Part shown: positions 47,938-56,474 of the stretch, piece by piece | How positions within the stretch are numbered: the stretch's first letter is position 1 | Layout: each line of letters opens with the position of its first letter | Source of the DNA: Alkalispirochaeta sp. | Lineage (GTDB): Bacteria; Spirochaetota; Spirochaetia; DSM-27196; Alkalispirochaetaceae | Length of the DNA stretch: 64,000 nt | Assembly: GCA_965242725.1 (NCBI GenBank) | Contig: CBDESZ010000016.1 | Span: 256,001-320,000 of the forward strand | Reading direction: 5' to 3' | Program-made: the position numbers and the translations under genes | Notes under the pieces: generated by a model | The model's input: only the letters and a program-made list of their open reading frames with translations | What the model was told of the DNA's origin: nothing | Database searches by the model: none

Positions 47938-48312
47938 TCACTCATGCCCGTACGCATCTCGCCGGATCGCTTCCAGACTGTGCAGGACGCTCCCGATCCA
48001 TCCGCACGGATCGTTCCCGGATGGGTCAAAGGTGATGACACGAATGCCCAACTGCCGCGCCGCTTCCCCGTCTACGAGCACCTCCACCCGCCCGGCGGGG
48101 ACGACGATCGCCCGGGGCCTCGTCATGTAATCGAGAACGGCGCGCCGGAAGGGCACCTCCCAGGAGATGAGAACGTCCGCCGTCCGGGCGCGGTCGAGAA
48201 GTTCCGGGAGCGTCGTGGATCGGTGTCGTTCCACCGTACCGAGGCGATTGACCGTTTCCCATACGGCGCAATCGTCGACGTCGGCGGGTGCGTCGAGCAG
48301 GACGATTCTCAT
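47938..48312 (-). CDS. Small protein resembling the substrate-binding domain of D-2-hydroxyacid (glycerate) dehydrogenases
   Basis: MRIVLLDA..LG.V..H..T...ELLDRARTADVLI..AARQLGIRVIT; no NAD-binding GxGxxG domain. Confidence 0.55.
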   Translation of the reverse strand: MRIVLLDAPADVDDCAVWETVNRLGTVERHRSTTLPELLDRARTADVLISWEVPFRRAVLDYMTRPRAIVVPAGRVEVLVDGEAARQLGIRVITFDPSGNDPCGWIGSVLHSLEAIRRDAYGHE

Positions 48313-48321
48313 GCATACATC

Positions 48322-51300
48322 CTAATACCTGCGATAGAGGGTGAGAAAGGGGCCGTCATGGACAAAACCCGCTTCAAGAAAGGCTGCGGTATAGGGCGAC
48401 TCCCGTACGGGCTCGCCGTTGATCTCCTCGGTGCGGATGCGGCGGAACGGCCGCTCCTGCCGGGAGAGGAGGGCGGAAAAGAGGGAGAGGTACCGGCGCA
48501 TCGCCGGATGGGCGGGCTCCCTGCCGATGGAGACCACGCGGCCGTTCCGCCGCGAGGTGAGAACGAGGCGGGAGCCGTGAAAGACCATATGCGTTGTCGG
48601 TACCCGCCGCGGAAACTCCACATCGGGGGAAGGGATGTCCATACCGCACAGCGAGGCGGGGTCGGCAGCGTTTATCCAGTAGACGGCGTCTTCATCCCTC
48701 CCGGCGGCAAGCTCCCGTACCGTGCCGTGGTCCGCAAACTGCAGCCCCGTGATACCCGAGACAAAACGACCGGTCACCACCTCTCCGGAGAGCTCCATGA
48801 GCCTGAGGGTGCGGAACACGTTGCGCCACTGCAGGGCGGTGAGTTCATTCTTCAGGACCTCCCGAAAGACGATACCGTAGCGGGAGAGGAGAAGGCGCGC
48901 CCGTTCCCGGTTGAGTTCCATCTCCTCCAGGGCGTCCTCGGGCTCTTGGCGACGGGGAAGGGCGTACCAGTTGCCGCTCAGGGGACGTCGTGATTTCCAC
49001 CGGCTGAAGCCGGTGCGGCCCCCGCCGCCTGCGGCGGGCCGGCGTGCGGCGGGGCCGCCTGCCGAATCGGACCGCTCGGCCGTGAAGTTTGCCATGATGC
49101 CCCGGCGGAGGGCGGGTAGGCCGTCGTTTGTGGCGTCGCCGGACCAGACGAGACTCCAGAGCGCCCTGGTTGCCTCGTCGCTTCTGAGGCCCGTGGCGGC
49201 GGAGAGATCAAAGAAGGTCTGTCTGCCGCCGGAGCCGAGGGCCTCCCGTACCGCGCGGGCCGATTCATCGTCGTCATCGGTTTTGTCGTTCCCATCGGAC
49301 CGATCGGGGGGGACGAGGTCCAGCTCCGTGTCGAAGGCAAAGGCGATCCGGCCTGTTCCGCAGCCGTACCAGAGGAGGTCGCTCTCCGCCATGGCGCGGT
49401 CAAGCCAGCTTGCGTAGTAGGGCGACAGCCGGGCGGGGAGAATGTCGCTCTCCCACAGGCCGGCGCGGGCGGGGTAGCCGAAGAGGCGTTCCAGCCGCGT
49501 CTCAAGTTCCTCCATCGAGGATCCAGGCGGGGTGACGCCCTGATGGGCGGCGAGAAAGTGCTGAAGGGCTCCGGCGGAAAGGGGTTTAACCTCTGCCCGG
49601 GAGGCGGCGCGGCGCATACGCAGGAGCCGTTCCAGATTGTCCCGGGTGCAGACCTCAACTTCGGCGGCGCCGGCGGTGAGGCGGTCCACGATGAGCCGCC
49701 CCTCCGCCGCGGCCTCTTCGACAGCGCGGTCGATGACCGCCGCCGGCGCGGGAAAGCGTCGATGGAGGTCGGCGTGCGGGATGGGTCCGTAGGAGTCCAG
49801 CCACTGGAGAAAGAGGTGTGCCAGGTGATCGTGAGGGTCTTCGGGGGCTGGTTTCTGCGCCACGTTGTCACCGGCGAAAAAGACGAGGCGTTCCCTGATA
49901 GCGAGGCCCGCCGCGCCGCCGGCTCGCTCGACCGTTGCCGTCCGTGCCGCGACGGAGGCGATGACCTCATCCGCCCCCTCCCCGGCGTCGCGGCGGATGG
50001 CCGACTGCAGCTCCTCCCACTCCCCCTGGGGAATGAATATGCGCTGGTCGACAAGATCGAGAAGGTCCTCGGGGGAGTCCGGGGCATATCCCTCGGCGGT
50101 GCGGTGGAGCTTGCGCTGCAGTTCCGCCGCCAGGGCGACGGGGATCTCCGGCCGCAAATGGGGCGAGCGCAGGATCTCTTCCAGGAGCCGGTCGCTCAGG
50201 GAGGTGCGCAGGCCGCCGGGGGCGGAGTCGTCCTCGTACATCTTTTGGTTTGTCTGCCGCCAGACGATGGCGTCGGCGAAGGGCGATGGGCTGGTTGTCT
50301 CCGCGGTGGAGAGGACGATTTCCCCGGTGACGATTTCGTTCAATATCAAAGAAAAGGATGGGATGTCGAACTCCCCGTCCATGCACTCCCGCCACGCTTC
50401 GAGGGTGATGGGGAAGTCGTCGCGGTCGGCGGTGGCGAGGAGGAGTTTTCTCGCGCGGAGGCGGTTGAGCCACAGGGGCATGCGGTCGCGAAAGTTTTTG
50501 CGCGGCAGGAGGAGGGCGCGCTGGGCGCACTCGCGAAACCGGGCGCCGAAGAGGGCGCTCGCTTCGATGGAGTCCCTGAGGAGCGCCGGCAGGTCGCGGC
50601 CGGAGAGGAGGGTGAAGAGCTCCCGCGCCTCGTGGTCGTGGGGGAGGTTGAGGAGGACCGCGTCGTTGTTGGCGTAGACTTCCAGGGAGTATCCGTATTC
50701 CTGCTGCCACGCTCCCTGGAGCGCCATGGCAAAGGTTTTATTGACGGCGCCGCCCCAGAGGGTGTGGAGGATGACCTGCATGGCGTCTGTTGTGTTCCGG
50801 GGGTCAAAGCAGCGCTCCGCCACGATGTGATGGCGGTGGGGAAGGGGTGTGCCCGTGTGCCGGCGCTGGGATTGGAGGTATTCCTCCAGCGCCTGGAGCG
50901 CGTCCGGGGTGAGCGGTGTCTGTCCGGTGGCGGCGGTAGTGGCGGCGGTAGTAGCAGTGGTGTCGAGGGTGTCGGTGACGACGGCGGACCGGAGGGGGCG
51001 GTCCGTGGCGATGAAGTGTCCCGAAGTGAGGGGCCGTCCCGCGGCGAGTTCGCGTTCCGCCGCTTCCAGCACCTCACCGATCGCCTGGGAGATGGGAAAG
51101 GGACGGTTCTGCTCTTCCGCCTTCCAGAAGGGGATGATTCCCTCCCGGTTTTCCATCGGTACGACGAGGACGTCGTTGTGGGTGATGGCGGCGATGCGCC
51201 ACGCCGTGGAGCCGAAGGGGAAGGTGTCCCCCACCGAGCGCTCCCAGACAAACTCCTCATCAAGGTCGCCGATCTTGGTGTTGGTGTCGGCGGTGCGCAG

Positions 51301-52947
51301 CGCATAGTATCCCCGGTCAGGTATGACACCGCCGGAGAGGTATAGATGCATCGCCGCACCCTTGCGGGGGGTGATCGTCCGCGTCGCCTCGTCCCAGGTG
51401 ATACGGGGGTGCAGTTCCTTTATGCGGGTGTCCGCGTATTTGCCGGCCATCATGTGTATCACCAGCATGAGTTCTTCATCGGTGAGATTCCGGTACGCCC
51501 AGGTCGCCCGCAGGAGTGCGGCGACGTGGTCGATGTGGACCGGTGAGGTGAGCGCCATGGAGAGGATGATCTGCGCCGCCACGTCGAGGGGCTTCTCCGG
51601 CGGATTGATCTCCTCCACCGCTCCCTCGGCAATCGCCCCGGCGAGGGTCAGGGCGTCGATCAGCTCCCGGGGATGGACGGGCAGGAAGGTGCCCCGCGAG
51701 GAGAGCCCCACGCCGTGCCCTGCCCGTCCGATGCGCTGGATCGCCGAGGCGACGGAATACGGCGGCTGGACGAGGATCACTTCGTCGATGTCGCCGATGT
51801 CGATGCCAAGCTCCAGGGAACTTGTGGCGATGATCGCCCTGAGTTCGCCCGACTTGAGCCGCTCCTCCACGACACGACGGATTTCACGGGAGAGGGAGCC
51901 GTGGTGGGCGTAGACGGGATCTCCCGGCGTCTCGTTTATGAGGCGGGTGAGCTTTTCAACCATTCGTCGGCTGTTTGCAAATATGAGGGTTGAGCGATTG
52001 CCGGCAATGCGCGCGCGTATTGCCGTGACGAGGTCGTGCCACCACTGCTCCTGGGGGTGTTCCGCTGTAGAGCACGTACCCGGTGCGGGGGGCGCCGGGG
52101 AGGCCGGTTCCGACGACCGAGAGCGGGGCCACGCGACGGAGAGGTCGTACCGTTTTTCCGATTCGACGTTTACCACCTGGACGGGTCGTGGGACGGAGGA
52201 GGGGATTGCGGGGTCGACCGCACCTGCGGCCGTGCGCTCGCCCGTGGTGATGCGGCTCGCGCCCCTGCGAAAATCCGCACCTGCACCCGCGGGAACGCGG
52301 TATGCGCCGACGATCCGGGCTACGAGATCGAGGGGACGCACCGTCGCGGAGAGGGCGATGCGCTGAAACTCTCCGTTGAGTTCAACCAGCCGTTCCACGG
52401 CGCTCATGAGAAATGTCCCCCGCTTTGCGGGCAGGACGGCGTGGATTTCGTCGAGGATGACGACGCTGAAGCCCGTCAGGCCCCGCACTCCGTTTTTGGA
52501 GGAGAGCATGAGATTGAGACTTTCCGGCGTCGTGATAAGGATTTCCGGGGGGTTGGTTATCATACGCCGCCGTTCCGACTGGTCGGTGTCGCCGCTGCGG
52601 ACGCCGACGCGGATGTCGGGAAAGGCGATGCCTTCCGCGCTGAACCGTTCCCGGAGAGCTGCAAGCGGTCCGTAGAGGTTGCGCTCTATGTCGTTGTTCA
52701 GCGCCTTGAGGGGCGAAATGTAGAGGATGCGGCCGGTCGTTCCTCTTATCAATCCGTCGATGGCGTTGAGAAAGGCGGCAAAGGTCTTTCCCGTTCCGGT
52801 GGGGGCGGTGATGAGGACGTGATCGCCCTTTTGAATGGCCCGCCACGCCTCCCGCTGCGTGGCCGTGGGCGTGCCGACCTTCTCGGTAAACCAGTGTGAA
52901 ATAACGGGATGGAATCGGAACAACGGGTCGTCTGATCCGGTGGTCAT
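48322..52947 (-). CDS. lhr: Large helicase-related protein Lhr (DEAH helicase core plus C-terminal wHTH/glycosylase-like region)
   Basis: APTGTGKT, ISPLKALNNDI, TTPES, DEIH, HHGSLS, TSSLELGIDIG, QRIGRAGH, PFWK and LSRYGIV..G.FV.G..G.QFA motifs. Confidence 0.92.
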   Translation of the reverse strand: MTTGSDDPLFRFHPVISHWFTEKVGTPTATQREAWRAIQKGDHVLITAPTGTGKTFAAFLNAIDGLIRGTTGRILYISPLKALNNDIERNLYGPLAALRERFSAEGIAFPDIRVGVRSGDTDQSERRRMITNPPEILITTPESLNLMLSSKNGVRGLTGFSVVILDEIHAVLPAKRGTFLMSAVERLVELNGEFQRIALSATVRPLDLVARIVGAYRVPAGAGADFRRGASRITTGERTAAGAVDPAIPSSVPRPVQVVNVESEKRYDLSVAWPRSRSSEPASPAPPAPGTCSTAEHPQEQWWHDLVTAIRARIAGNRSTLIFANSRRMVEKLTRLINETPGDPVYAHHGSLSREIRRVVEERLKSGELRAIIATSSLELGIDIGDIDEVILVQPPYSVASAIQRIGRAGHGVGLSSRGTFLPVHPRELIDALTLAGAIAEGAVEEINPPEKPLDVAAQIILSMALTSPVHIDHVAALLRATWAYRNLTDEELMLVIHMMAGKYADTRIKELHPRITWDEATRTITPRKGAAMHLYLSGGVIPDRGYYALRTADTNTKIGDLDEEFVWERSVGDTFPFGSTAWRIAAITHNDVLVVPMENREGIIPFWKAEEQNRPFPISQAIGEVLEAAERELAAGRPLTSGHFIATDRPLRSAVVTDTLDTTATTAATTAATGQTPLTPDALQALEEYLQSQRRHTGTPLPHRHHIVAERCFDPRNTTDAMQVILHTLWGGAVNKTFAMALQGAWQQEYGYSLEVYANNDAVLLNLPHDHEARELFTLLSGRDLPALLRDSIEASALFGARFRECAQRALLLPRKNFRDRMPLWLNRLRARKLLLATADRDDFPITLEAWRECMDGEFDIPSFSLILNEIVTGEIVLSTAETTSPSPFADAIVWRQTNQKMYEDDSAPGGLRTSLSDRLLEEILRSPHLRPEIPVALAAELQRKLHRTAEGYAPDSPEDLLDLVDQRIFIPQGEWEELQSAIRRDAGEGADEVIASVAARTATVERAGGAAGLAIRERLVFFAGDNVAQKPAPEDPHDHLAHLFLQWLDSYGPIPHADLHRRFPAPAAVIDRAVEEAAAEGRLIVDRLTAGAAEVEVCTRDNLERLLRMRRAASRAEVKPLSAGALQHFLAAHQGVTPPGSSMEELETRLERLFGYPARAGLWESDILPARLSPYYASWLDRAMAESDLLWYGCGTGRIAFAFDTELDLVPPDRSDGNDKTDDDDESARAVREALGSGGRQTFFDLSAATGLRSDEATRALWSLVWSGDATNDGLPALRRGIMANFTAERSDSAGGPAARRPAAGGGGRTGFSRWKSRRPLSGNWYALPRRQEPEDALEEMELNRERARLLLSRYGIVFREVLKNELTALQWRNVFRTLRLMELSGEVVTGRFVSGITGLQFADHGTVRELAAGRDEDAVYWINAADPASLCGMDIPSPDVEFPRRVPTTHMVFHGSRLVLTSRRNGRVVSIGREPAHPAMRRYLSLFSALLSRQERPFRRIRTEEINGEPVRESPYTAAFLEAGFVHDGPFLTLYRRY

Positions 52948-52994
52948 GAGAAAAGTATAGAAAATGCGACGGCGAAGGAGAATGAGTGTTCTTC

Positions 52995-53037
52995 TTGACT
53001 GATTAGTAACCATTGGTTACTATATAACCGATGGTTA
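52995..53037 (+). promoter_or_regulatory. TetR promoter with tandem palindromic operators
   Basis: TTGACT-N17-TACTAT-N7-ATG; perfect palindrome TAGTAACCA-T-TGGTTACTA (53004-22) and TAACC-GAT-GGTTA (53025-37). Confidence 0.8.
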
Positions 53038-53711
53038 CTTATGACATAGACGAAGGAAAGAGCGATGACGGGCGGACGCGGGCCGGACGACATGGGGTTA
53101 ATGCGGAGGCGACACGGTCGGCAATTCTCGCGTCGGCGGAACGTCTCTTTCGCCGCCGGGGGTACCGCGACGTCACGATGCGGCAGATTGCTGCCGATGC
53201 GGGATGTTCCCACACCGCAATCTACCGCTATTTCGCCGACAAGGATGCCCTTATGGAGGCGATCGCCGCCCCCGTTCTGGAGGGCCTCGGCAAGGATTTC
53301 GACGATATTGCCACCCGCGACGTACCGTGGAACGAGCGGGTCGTGACGATGTGTCTGCGTTTTGTCCGCTTTGGATTGGCCAACAGGGCGCTGTTCCGCC
53401 TCTTCTTTATCGTCCATGCCGGACGGGTGGACCGGGAGCCGACGGGAGGACGCGTCAACGCACTGCGGATCGGACTTTTTCAGAAACTTCGTGTTGCCCT
53501 TGCCGAGGCACTGGATATCGACCCCGATGACGAGATGAGCCTTGAATACGCCCGGGGACTCTATTATCTCCTCCACGGCATGATCGGCACGTACGAGGAG
53601 TCGGCGGAGAGCGACGAGGCGCTCATGGCGCGGCTGGAACCCGTCTTTGCCGGGGCAATCAGCAGTCTCATTGCGGGATATCGGACACATACGACGACCA
53701 TTGGAGGTTGA
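53031..53711 (+). CDS. TetR/AcrR family transcriptional regulator
   Basis: ILASAERLF..RGY..VTMRQIA..AG.S..AIYRYF.DK HTH. Confidence 0.93.
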   Translation: MVTYDIDEGKSDDGRTRAGRHGVNAEATRSAILASAERLFRRRGYRDVTMRQIAADAGCSHTAIYRYFADKDALMEAIAAPVLEGLGKDFDDIATRDVPWNERVVTMCLRFVRFGLANRALFRLFFIVHAGRVDREPTGGRVNALRIGLFQKLRVALAEALDIDPDDEMSLEYARGLYYLLHGMIGTYEESAESDEALMARLEPVFAGAISSLIAGYRTHTTTIGG

Positions 53712-53713
53712 AC

Positions 53714-54379
53714 ATGCGATTACGACAGATTTCGGAACATATATATTCTCTGGGTACCTGGATGGTGGTGCCCATTCACGTGTGGCTTGTCCGCGACGGG
53801 GAAGGTATCACGCTGGTCGATGCCGGCATCGGCCCCATGGCGCGGGGAATACGGCGTGCCGTCGACCGTATCGGTCACGGTGCCATTTCCCGGATTGTTC
53901 TGACCCACGGTCATCTGGACCATGTCGGTGCGATTCCCGCCGTACGTGCGCGGAAGAAGATACCGGTGTTGGTCCATGAAAAGGAAATTCCCTACATGGA
54001 GGGGGCGGAACCCTACCCGGGGCGGAAAAAGGCGCAGCAGACCGTTGCTCCCGGTGTCGTCGAGGCGCTGGAATATGACGATGACGGAGGTCTGACACCG
54101 GTCGGCAGCCTGACACCCTATTTCACACCGGGCCACAGTCCCGGCCACGTCGTGTGGTTTCATCGGGAGGACGGCGTCCTTCTGGGAGGTGACCTCTTTT
54201 CTTCGCGGAACGGTGAGCTGCGACCGCCCTTTGCGATGTTCACGTCGGATATGGCCCAGGCGATGGAAAGTGCGCATATCCTGGAGAGACTGAAGCCGGC
54301 GCGTCTTGAAGTGTGTCACGGCGGTCCTGTGATGGATCCGGCCGATCAACTCGGGGAGTATTTACGGCATTACTCATGA
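53714..54379 (+). CDS. MBL-fold metallo-hydrolase
   Basis: LVDAG, THGHLDHVG, TPGHSPGH, GD and CHG motifs. Confidence 0.92.
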   Translation: MRLRQISEHIYSLGTWMVVPIHVWLVRDGEGITLVDAGIGPMARGIRRAVDRIGHGAISRIVLTHGHLDHVGAIPAVRARKKIPVLVHEKEIPYMEGAEPYPGRKKAQQTVAPGVVEALEYDDDGGLTPVGSLTPYFTPGHSPGHVVWFHREDGVLLGGDLFSSRNGELRPPFAMFTSDMAQAMESAHILERLKPARLEVCHGGPVMDPADQLGEYLRHYS

Positions 54380-55605
54380 CGGAGGGGTCGCGAGCCGTGA
54401 GGCGTCTGTACACAATGGGAATTCTCTCGGGCATCTCCCTGCTCACTACATCATGCTATGTCGCGGAACAGGGCTATCACCTCGTAAAGGATCTGGTCTC
54501 CGCCGAACCGATAGAGAAGCTCAGAGCGGACGGGAAGATCTCGCCCCGGGAACGGGAGTTTTTCGACCGGGTCGAAGACGTTCGCCGCTTCGGGGTGGAA
54601 TATATCGGACTTGTGGCGGGAGACAGTTACCGCCGCTACGTCTCGTATGACCGGGACTACCTGGTAGCCGTCGTCTCAGCCGTCGACGAGCTCTCCTTCA
54701 CCCGGAAGGAATGGAATTATCCCGTGGTGGGACGCGCACCGTATCGCGGGTTCTACCGACCGGAGCGCGCGGAGCGTCTTGCCGCCGCGCTTCGCGCCGA
54801 GGGTTGGGATGTCGTCGTCAGGCCGGTGGACGCATTTTCCACGCTGGGATACTTCGGGGATCTCCTCTACAGTTTTATGGTCGATAATGACGAGGCGCGC
54901 CTGGCGGAGGTAATCATTCATGAGATGGCCCACGCTACCCTGTGGGTCAAGGGCGAAGGGCAGTTCAATGAGGAGTTTGCGACCTTTGTCGGACGAAAGG
55001 GAACCCTGGACTACCTCGTCCGCCGATACGGCGCCGACTCACCGGAGGTGAAGGATGTGCTCCAGCGGCGGCACGACGGGGATCTCTTCCGGGATGACGT
55101 CCTTCGTCTCCGGGGCCGATTGGAGACGCTGTACAACTCAATGGCCGCCGATGGGGAAGAGGTGCCGGTCGGGGCGGCTCTCGGCGATGCGGCCCGCCGC
55201 GACGCAGTTCGATCTGAAAAATCTGAAGTTATTTCCGTCTTTCAGCGGGACTTTGACCGTACCTATAACGACCGCTATCTCACCGACCGGTACCGCTTTT
55301 TTGTCGATACCCACGTCAATAATGCGTGGATCGATCTCTATCAGACCTACGGAGCGGGGCTTCCCGTGCTTGAAGAATTCTACCGTACTGCCGGTACCGA
55401 GGACCTGCGGCTGACCGTGGCATCCATCCGTTCACTTATGGAAGGCAGAAAGGCTCTCCAGAGGTCGCGCCGTCCCGCGCCGATGGAGGTCCTGCGTACC
55501 CGCATTCGTGCGGCCACCGGAGATTTGGACGGGCGCGCCGGGTCTACCGGGCGCGCCGGGGCTACCGGGCCCGCCGAGTCGGTCACACATCCAGTTCCAG
55601 ACTGA
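54376..55605 (+). CDS. Putative zinc aminopeptidase lipoprotein (DUF2265-like)
   Basis: LTTSCY lipobox; W.YPVVG..PYRGF, AFSTLGYF.D, IIHEMAH and FNEEFA motifs. Confidence 0.85.
   Translation: MTEGSRAVRRLYTMGILSGISLLTTSCYVAEQGYHLVKDLVSAEPIEKLRADGKISPREREFFDRVEDVRRFGVEYIGLVAGDSYRRYVSYDRDYLVAVVSAVDELSFTRKEWNYPVVGRAPYRGFYRPERAERLAAALRAEGWDVVVRPVDAFSTLGYFGDLLYSFMVDNDEARLAEVIIHEMAHATLWVKGEGQFNEEFATFVGRKGTLDYLVRRYGADSPEVKDVLQRRHDGDLFRDDVLRLRGRLETLYNSMAADGEEVPVGAALGDAARRDAVRSEKSEVISVFQRDFDRTYNDRYLTDRYRFFVDTHVNNAWIDLYQTYGAGLPVLEEFYRTAGTEDLRLTVASIRSLMEGRKALQRSRRPAPMEVLRTRIRAATGDLDGRAGSTGRAGATGPAESVTHPVPD
55530..55580 (+). repeat. 18-bp tandem repeat CGGGCGCGCCGGG(T/G)CTAC, about 2.8 copies
   Basis: Read directly at the 3' end of the aminopeptidase gene. 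Confidence 0.75.
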
Positions 55606-56380
55606 TCGGGCAGTGGTCCGACCCCAGCTGGTCGGGATGTATCGCCGCGGCGGTAATGCCGTCCCGCAGTGACGGTGAAGCGAGAATGTAGTCGATACGC
55701 CACCCCACGTTCCGCTCCCGGGCACCCTTCTGGAAGCTCCACCACGTGTAATAGCCGTTGCCGCGGTGATTGAGCCTGAAGGTGTCGATGAAGCCGGCAT
55801 CGACGAAATTCTGAAAACCTTCCCGTTCTTCAAGGGTGTAGCCCTTCTGGCCTTCGTTCTGTTTAGGCCGGGCGAGGTCATCGGGAGTGTGGGCGACGTT
55901 GAGGTCGCCGCAGAAAACCACCGGTTTTGTCTCTTCCAGCCGTTTGCAATAGGCGAGGAAGGCGGGGTCCCAGCGGCGATGGCGCAGCTCAAGGCGGGAA
56001 AGGTCGTTCTTGGCGTTGGGGGTATATACCGTTACCAGGAAAAAGGCGTCGTATTCCGCGGTAATGACCCGTCCCTCCGTGGTGAGATCACCGTATCCGT
56101 CGTCGCTCAGGTGATATGACGCGGCGATATCGTCGGGAAAGTCGCAGGCGACGTTCATCGGTTCCGTGCGGGTGAATATCGCGGTTCCGCTGTATCCTTT
56201 CCGCTCCGCAGCGTTCCACAGCTGGTGATATCCCGGCAGCTCCAGTTCCACCTGGTCCCGGGACGCCTTGGTCTCCTGCATGCACAGAATGTCCGGATTG
56301 TGGCGGGTGAAAAATGAATCGAACTCGCCCTTGCGGATAATCGCCCGTATGCCGTTTACGTTCCAGGAATAGAGTCTCAT
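55583..56380 (-). CDS. xth: Exodeoxyribonuclease III / AP endonuclease
   Basis: SWNVNGIRA, QETK, KGYSG, EGR, GDLNVAH, GWRIDY and GSDHCP motifs. Confidence 0.96.
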   Translation of the reverse strand: MRLYSWNVNGIRAIIRKGEFDSFFTRHNPDILCMQETKASRDQVELELPGYHQLWNAAERKGYSGTAIFTRTEPMNVACDFPDDIAASYHLSDDGYGDLTTEGRVITAEYDAFFLVTVYTPNAKNDLSRLELRHRRWDPAFLAYCKRLEETKPVVFCGDLNVAHTPDDLARPKQNEGQKGYTLEEREGFQNFVDAGFIDTFRLNHRGNGYYTWWSFQKGARERNVGWRIDYILASPSLRDGITAAAIHPDQLGSDHCPISLELDV

Positions 56381-56392
56381 CCCCGTACTATA

Positions 56393-56443
56393 GCCGGGCG
56401 GCCGCGAGGAAGAAAGGCATCGGGTGGTTCGCGGCCGCCCGGC
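56393..56443. repeat. Perfect 15-bp GC-rich inverted repeat with a 21-nt loop
   Basis: GCCGGGCGGCCGCGA ... TCGCGGCCGCCCGGC between copB and xth. Confidence 0.8.
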
Positions 56444-56474
56444 CGCTCGGGACGCAGCTGGACGCTCAGGTCAC

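Noticed and set aside
49543..51345. Long antisense or alternative-frame ORFs (600 aa here; also 22025-23599, 5304-6677, 6741-7964, 46483-47850)
   Set aside because: Shadows of well-supported genes in GC-rich DNA, with no motifs or RBS
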